A DNA stretch of 64,000 bases from Balanoglossus misakiensis (Eukaryota; Animalia; Hemichordata). Below, piece by piece: positions 56,044 to 64,000 of this stretch (position 1 is the stretch's first letter; every line of letters begins with the position of its first letter). Where the stretch lies: positions 4,218,156 through 4,282,155 of the forward strand of contig CM082588.2 in assembly GCA_040954595.2 (NCBI GenBank). The letters are read 5' to 3'. Both the position numbers and the translations under genes were made by a program. Under the pieces are notes generated by a model that saw only the letters and a list, made by a program, of their open reading frames with translations, was not told the DNA's origin and did not search any database.

Positions 56044-59000
56044 ATGTCTTCCGGACGGAGGCAAGTTTCCAGTCGCCGTCTTCTTCCATTGCCCGGGAAT
56101 GCTTGTCAGGCAGTTTTTACAAAAGCAACTGGGTCTCAGTCATCTTTGGCAGGTAGGTATTTGTTTCATTTTCCCGTGAGTTCATCCGTTGTAGATCTAA
56201 ATGTCGAAAGACATGCATAGAACGCCGGCCGGTGCGCGCGACGCCAAGACTATGGAACCGCTGGCAGAACGCAGAACAATAATGTTCATGAAAAGTTGAT
56301 GTACTTGTGATAACTGCGAGCAAACAACGTCAAATTTCAACAGTTGCACATTAAAAGAGTATCCGAAGCAGTCCGTAAGATTTGACAGGGCGGACACGTT
56401 TACAAAGACAACTTTTTTGCCAGTATGTTTACACGATTTGCTGGCCACCCAAGTACCGTCATGTCAGCGTCTCAGATAGAAGATAGATAGAAGGCTGTCG
56501 TTGATCGTGATTTTCTTATTGACTGCACCCGTGTTACAGGGATCAGCAACCTTACACCAGAGACTGTGAAGGCCTACATGTACAGCAATAGTTGGATTGT
56601 TGGAGAATACCTGAATGAAATAAAGGCCGATGGAGTTGATGATAGCAGTGGCATTGACACTGATACAGGCGAGTGAAATGAATCTAGGACAGGTTACCAC
56701 TGGACATTTTACTACCAAAAAATGACCATGCGTGGACTGTCCAATTTGCAGACTGGATCTTTGGGGGCTTGCAACTTAGTTCTATGCACTGGCCTCTCAA
56801 TTTGCTTGATTTCTTTTCATGTTAACTAATGACCTTCGTAATGACTTCTTGTTACAGAGCATGATTACCATGGTCAGAAATCGTTGTCAGGAACCACCAC
56901 AGTATGTATTCCCTTGCTTCTCAGTGATACAATTGATTGATACATTTAATCTCCTGATATATCTTAGAACTCTCAGTTGAAGCGCCTTGGAATGGCCATG
57001 ACTGTGACCTGTAAACTTAGATTGTTGATTGGTGTTTTTTTTAATCAAATCATTGTTTTGTTAGTCATCAACCAAAGTTGAGAAGTCTTTAAATGATTTA
57101 GCGAAAGATTTGGAAGACCATGACAGACAGGCGGAAGTTTTCTATCAGTTAGCTCAGGCACTTAAACTTGGTAGGTCAGCAAAAAGAGTCTATTTTTAAC
57201 TTTTACTTTTTTTAAATCAATGTGGAATTCATATAGTGATTTAAACTTTAAAATGTTGTATGACTTTGAAAAAAAAATGTTTTGAATCTTCTGACAGCTT
57301 CCAATGCTGATGATGTGTCTTTGTATATTGTGGATGGGAGATTGGTGAGTATTGAACCATTACACCAACATCATTCGTAATTTGTAGATGACCATGGAAT
57401 CATTTGCTGACTAATAGTAATACTAAACTTTCAGGACATTCAGAAACGAATGTATGAATTTCATGGTATATGTCATTATATGTAATTCAGTGAAGATGGA
57501 ATAGAGATATTACTCAAATATATCATATATTTGTTGTTTTTTTACATTCCAGGATTTATATCTCTGCAATGTAGGCCCTGAAGAGTAAGCATTGCATTTT
57601 CTTGATCTTAGTAACAATGATTTCATGAAGGAAATACATACATTGTTAGACTCAGAAAAATCAGATCAACTTGGTTTGGGGCGCAGGGGTTTTGCATGAA
57701 AGTGATCTATTGCATGTGGTGAAATGCTCTCTCCTCATCTAAACATTCTTTTCAGTATTGGACTGATTTTGAGCCGACCAATCAAGAGTGGGCTTACAGT
57801 ATCAGCTTATGTTGGACGGACTAGAAAACCGCTGTTTGTACAAGACATTCTGGGTGTAGGTATTATGTCATCAGTAATTTAAAAATACTTTTGAAACCTT
57901 TTCCTGTTGTAGCTAACATTTCAGTCACACTCCTCATGATTTGATAATGGCAAAGTAAAGAGCATCCATTTCATCCGTCTTCTTGTTTACGTTCTTTTTT
58001 CTTCTTCTCTGGACAGGATGAAAGATTTCCAGAAGGTACTGGAATTGTTGACAGCAAAGCCCAATCTGTTGTCTGTGTTCCTATCTTACAGTCCAATGGT
58101 TCTGTCAATGGTGAGTTGATGATGTGTGTCAGTAGAGGGGGGTTCAAGTAATGAAAACATGTCTAGTCAATTCTTAGGAAATTGAAATGATTGACAAGAT
58201 GGACAAAACAGGGATGCTGCCTACAGTGTACTCGCATCTTTATGATGCAACATTTCAAAATGTTTCTGCTTTCTTAAAAATCTTTTTTTTTACTCGATAG
58301 GAATTATTGAATTGACTCGTAACTATGGCAGCAAGCCTTTCGCCAAGGAGACGCTAAATGTGAGTTCTTCATAATTATCATCTTTGCATTTTTTTAGTTG
58401 TCATCTTCCGCGTAAGCCCTTCAGAACTAACCCTCCACTGGAATAGAAATGGAATGTCTAAACCGGACAGATGATTTTCACGTACACAATATCAATTCAT
58501 GTAATACTCATGGGCACCTGTAATTTTCCTCATCATTTCAGATGGTTTGTACATTCCTGAGATGGTCTGGTGTTGCTATCGAGAAAGTCCAGGTAAGATC
58601 TTGGTCATCTTTCAAGCAACAAGTTGTGTTTGTGTTCTGAATTGTACAGGGTCAACCATATATGAGGAAAAATATTAGGAAGAAATAATTTCATCAAGTC
58701 AGGATTTTTGCCCGGCAGATGTTGTTTTTATCATTTTGTGGTTTCTTTGTAAACTAACTTTTCTTAGGTCTGTAAAGGTTTAATGAAGCAAAGAGAACTC
58801 AATGATTTCTTACTGGAGGTATCAAGGTGAGTGACACATACACACAAACCTGTATATGCCTATATTAGGTGTCCATACAGATATTGAGATAGTGTATGTT
58901 GGGAACAACAGTTTTTGGCGTGGAATTGTGACGTATGATGCCATACCAACAAAAGACCAGGATGTTAGGTCACCCAGGGCTCATGAAATGTTCTTTTCCT

Positions 59001-60671
59001 GTGACAGAGTTATCTTTGATGACATCATTGCAATGGATACGTTGATAGAACATATTATGGTAAGTGTCATAGCAGTCATTATTGATTACTTAGAAGTCAA
59101 ATAAATCCTTGTAGTACATATGAACCTGAGTAAGAATTTATGAAATGAATCTAACCTTTGACCATTCTATACTTCTCAACCAGACATTTGCCAAGAACCT
59201 GGTCAATGCTGACCGGTGCGCCTTGTTCCTGATTGATGAAGAACGCAAAGAGCTTTATGCGGAGATGTTTGATGAAGGCAAAGATCAAGACGGATTGCCA
59301 GCGTTCAGCAAGAAGAAGCGAATCCGGTTTTCAGTCCAAAAGGGACTTGCAGGCCATGTGGCCAGGACAGGGGAAGTACTCAACATTCCCAACGCATATG
59401 CTGATCCGAGGTTTAACAGGTATTGTGTCTTGTTAATTAAGAGTTCAACAGAGAATATTTCAAGCAAGCAAAAGAGGTAGAGTAGGAGATGGACTGTAGT
59501 TTTACATTATACACATGTACAGTCTGTCTATGCTAAAGTTTGGACATAACCAAATATGCATGGTCCTACTGTACTCAGCACTGTTTGCAATCGTGAATAG
59601 TGAAACCAGAATCTGATCATTACTTCATGATTTCTTGGATCTGGGAGTTGAGTTTGCTCACCTCTTGGAGCCCACACCTCCTTCCTAACTTTGTTCTTCC
59701 TGTTTCGTGTAATTAAAATGAATAATTAAAATGAATCTTTCGATGCCAGGGAGGTTGACAAGCGGACAGGATACACAACACAGAGTCTACTCTGCATGCC
59801 TATTGTCAGTAGGGGTGTGGTCATTGGTGTGGTGCAGATGGTGAATAAGAGAGATGGACCGGCATTTACATTTGCAGGTAAACGCCACACATCACTCCTT
59901 TGTGTATCAATCCCAGGTGTCAGAATGCTTAATATTATAATTATGCACAGTGTGTCTATTGTTCAGTTCATTATTGACAAAAGTGATTCACTCCATCTCT
60001 TTTATATGAGAAACATGACGGCTATAATCTAAACATAAGAGTGACGTCAGTTTTAAAATTGTGAATTTTTCTCTCCTTTTTTCTGTAGATGAATGTAATT
60101 TCCGCATGTTTGCTGTCTACTGTGCCATTGCTTTGCACTATTCAAAGGTAAGATCATGGTTTCGTGATTTCAGATATTAAAGCAACATTGTCTTTATAGT
60201 GTGAACATTTACTGGTAGATGTCACATGCAGAACGGGGCAGGCCCATTCTTAAACCCCTTCACCTCAATGGTTTGGTCCAAAACCATTGTTTTCTATTGT
60301 AATTTGTGACTCTAAAGAGGGCAATGGGGGTGACAGTGTTAAATAAATTCTCTCAGAACAAAGTGATGGAACAAATATACAGGAAGTACATGTTCATTTT
60401 TAAATCATAATTTCCTTTCTTTTTCTTTCGCAAGCTTTATGGTGCAATCAAACACTCCGAAAGTTTGTTGAAAATTGCTCTGGAAAAGTTGTCATATCAC
60501 AGTGTTGCTATGGAAAATGAAGTCATGTGGTTGATGAACAACACCGCTGTTAAGGAGCCGGCCATGTTTCAGAGGTACTTAGAATTTTAATCTGTAAACT
60601 GATCGAGCCCCCTGATTTCTGTTGTCTGTGATATACATCTCTCTCTCTTTCTCTCTCTCTCTGTCTGTCTG

Positions 60672-60725
<54 letters not shown>

Positions 60726-62997
60726 GATGTATTTTTTCCATATTTTTCAGCTTTGATTTGAATTACATGTCACTCAGCAGTAACCACCTGTGTCAGTTGT
60801 TTATCTTCATGGTTCATCAGTTGTTTGGTGAAGATAGGTGAGTATAGACAGGCAGACACATACAGATAGGGAGATTGTGTGTATGCGAGTATCTCAAATG
60901 TATGTATGTATGTATGTCAGTCATCAGGTAGGAAGGTATCTATGTGTGTTTTGTTTATGTTGGCTTTATTCTAAAGTTATTCTTGTTTTTGTCTTGACTT
61001 TGTTTAATTTCATCATTGTTATTTGGTATATTGTATTTGCCTGATTTAAAAAAAGCATTTTTGAATTTCTGATACACAGCTTTGAGAGATCACGACTGGT
61101 GCGATTTACACTGACTGTGAGGAAGAACTACCGCAAAGTGCCTTATCACAACTGGTGGCATGCATTCAACGTGGCTCACTGTATGTACAAGATCCTTCAG
61201 GGCGATCCAGACCTGTTTACAGAACTTGAGGTAAACAAATGACAACATAAACAAATAATAACTTGAATATTGTTCCTATGGAAGGTATCTGACTTTTTAC
61301 TTTGTTGTATTTTTTTTATGAGCATGCGCTCGAAATAAAGATTAATAATAATAATATAAGACATTTATTTTGGCTATAAATCGAGTACTAGTTGCCAGAA
61401 ATTTGGAAATGGTTAGATTTTATGAGATACAAATAACCTATCCTAATAATGACACACATGCATAAAATCCAATAGCACGCTGCCATAGCACCAGGCTTTA
61501 CAATGTATAAAATTACATTTACTCTTTCCAATATTTAGAGGCAAGCATTGATCATATCGTGTATCTGTCACGACGTGGATCACCATGGATACACGAACCA
61601 GTTCATGGAGAAGTACGAGACACCGCTGGCGTCTCTTTACTCCACTTCGATCATGGAACAACACCACTTCAATCAGACCGTGACGATACTTCAACAAGAT
61701 GGACACAACATCTTTGATCATCTCACTTCCAGTGCCTATAAACAGGTAAGCGAGATCATGTATGCAGATGTTATCACATGCCAGTCACAATAACTGAGGT
61801 TTGACCATGAGGAATCTCTGATGATTCAAATTTTCAATATTCTCGTTTAGGTGCTGGGTTACATCCGACATTTCATTCTGGCGACAGACCTGGCATTGTT
61901 TTTCCCAAACCAGAGGGCTGTAGCGAAACTGTGCCTTGACGAAACTTTGAATTTAGAAAACACAGAACACAGGTAGGCATCAGGTTAGGATATCAGCTAC
62001 ATAAAGATTCACTTTACTGATTTACTGACTTATTATTAAAGCAAAGATCTCAGTTGTGTGTGATATATAGAATCCATGACGTTAAGACTCTAGCTTTGTG
62101 TCGCAAATATTTCAGGGGAAAAGTACAGGCTTTGATGATGACCGCGTGTGATCTTTGTGCTGTGGCAAAAATCTGGCCAGTTCAACGGAAAACTGTAGAA
62201 TGCATCTATGATGAATTCTATGCACAGGTATAGTAAAACTTGATTGATCAATTCTTCCCATATGTGTAATAGGGTGCTCTGGCCCATGTTTTATGTAGTA
62301 ACTGAATGCACCCATATTTTAGTAGAAACACTTCGTGTATTATCCTCAATACATTTACTTGCTCTATATGTAAATACTGCCAGCTGCTGTAATTGATGTT
62401 TATACAGACGCCAGAACATAATTATTGCGATTTCTTTTCTTCAGGGTGACGAGGAAAAGAAGCGTGGTGAACAGCCAATCCCAATGATGGACAGAGACAA
62501 TGAAGCGAATAAACCCAAAGACCAGGTATGGCTCTTCATTAAAGGTGCACAGTCACCTTTAATTAACATATGCCTATATATGGTCGCATGGGGCTTACTC
62601 TACTCTTCGAATGACCAGTTTGTGGCACACTTTTTTTTGGAGTATTAAACTTTTGATTTTTCTTCTTCACATAGGTTAATTTCATCAGTATTTTCTGCTT
62701 GCCGCTGTACACAACGATGCACGATATCTTTCCTCATACGGAGCAGCTTCTGCAGAACACCAAGTGAGTAGATTTCCTTGCAACTACTTTTTCGCCATTG
62801 TAGTCTTATAGAAGGGGAAAGATGCCATGTTAAGAGTTGATTTCACACAAATAACTGTTTTTTTTTCCACCCGTCTATTTAGGGATAATCTTCAGCAGTG
62901 GCAAAGGATCGTTGAGGGGGAAAGCACAGCTGTGTGGGAGGTGGAAGCCTCCCGAGTGGTCACCGACAAAAAACAAACCAAGACAAAGAAAAAGTAA
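56044..62997 (+). CDS. PDE10A: cAMP/cGMP phosphodiesterase 10A (GAF-A, GAF-B, catalytic domain), multi-exon
   Basis: [14 protein letters not shown]|[116 protein letters not shown]; stop at 62995-62997. The start exon 56044-56152 is inferred from phase and is less certain. Confidence 0.92.
60250..60342. mobile_element. ~90-bp piggyBac-type MITE family copy
   Basis: TTAAACCCCTTCACC..ATGGTTTGGTCCAAAACCATTG...GGGGGTGACAGTGTTAA. Confidence 0.6.
60638..60725. repeat. (CT)-rich microsatellite
   Basis: Directly visible. Confidence 0.9.
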
Positions 62998-63231
62998 ACA
63001 TCGCCAGTTTTTTTACAGAACAGACTTTTCTTCCGTATTTATCGAATTAAATTTTGCAAGTACCAGAGATGTGTTAATACAGTATGCCATACATGTAAAT
63101 AAAGCAACTTCTGTATGTTGATTTAAACATGTTTGTGTTTTTTGTGCGAGTGGGATTTAGGGCACTATTAGCGCGAACTTGTGGGGTGATTGTCTTGTGT
63201 GTGTACCAAATGTTTGTTCTTGTTTGATTCC

Positions 63232-63320
63232 TTAACCCTTTCACCACAATGGTTTGGTCCAACTCCACTGTTCTCAATTGTATCGCTGGACCTCTATACA
63301 TGGAAATGGGGTGAAACACT
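63232..63320. mobile_element. ~90-bp piggyBac-type MITE family copy
   Basis: TTAACCCTTTCACCACAATGGTTTGGTCCAA...GGACCTCTATACATGGAAATGGGGTGAAA. Confidence 0.65.
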
Positions 63321-63774
63321 CATACACTATTTGAAATGCACCATTCTTTGTATTTTTACTATAAAATATACCCCTCTCATCACATTCCCTCATATTCCAT
63401 GACAAGCCCAACCAGATTATTTCTGTGATTTTCCCAAGTTAGTCTCTATTGAATAATAAATACACTCTGACCAGCTGCCACTAATAATTCTGTCTCCAAG
63501 TTTTCCAGTAAACCCATAGCTTTCTGGTTCTGTGTATTTATATATACAGTATGGAAGTGTGTGTCAGTGTCAACGCCACATAAATTGTTCTGTTAGTATT
63601 TATAGGGACATGTCCAAGATTTCAGCTCCAATATATTCGTATTCATATATCCATCAGAATACTGGGCAGCCATGTCCAAAACTATCCCTTGCCTACTTCA
63701 CACTACACTGTATCAGTTTTGATGCCATGTTTTCCTTCCATGAGTGGATGATTTCCTTAGTTTTTCCCTGCTGT

Positions 63775-63888
<114 letters not shown>

Positions 63889-64000
63889 TTATTCGATAGT
63901 TCACATATATAAAACCTGGGCCAGTCCATGGCCAACCCAGGTTTCATCAATACATTGATACACCGCATTAGCATACACAATTACAATAACAATAGCACAG

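Noticed and set aside
55926-56156. 76-aa ORF as the first PDE10A exon
   Set aside because: Its phase at the 56153 donor does not match the next exon; the ATG at 56044 in another frame does.

Overview
Intron-rich, AT-rich animal genomic DNA; an invertebrate deuterostome such as an acorn worm, echinoderm or lancelet is my guess, not provable here. Gene order: BDH1-like SDR (minus, truncated at left edge), intronless orphan class A GPCR (minus), MMS22L (minus) head-to-head with CDK8 (plus), six tandem secreted ~230-aa five-repeat beta-propeller (tectonin/tachylectin-like) genes (plus, 26.0-39.4 kb), a DTHD1-like ZU5-ZU5-UPA-death-domain gene, PDE10A (with a GC-AG intron), and the last exon of a HINT2-like gene (minus). 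The best novelty candidate is the six-gene cluster: 8 invariant Cys including three vicinal CC pairs, identical exon architecture, a conserved 3'-UTR intron, and blade-sized near-identical DNA tracts shared between different paralog pairs (patchwork gene conversion). Second is a 2.74-kb foldback element whose inverted arms are built from 21/42-bp minisatellites. Several small non-autonomous TIR elements with readable target-site duplications, an L2 LINE tail and two minisatellites are also present. All exon models were read by eye from splice signals and frame continuity; family names rest on remembered motifs, not database searches.
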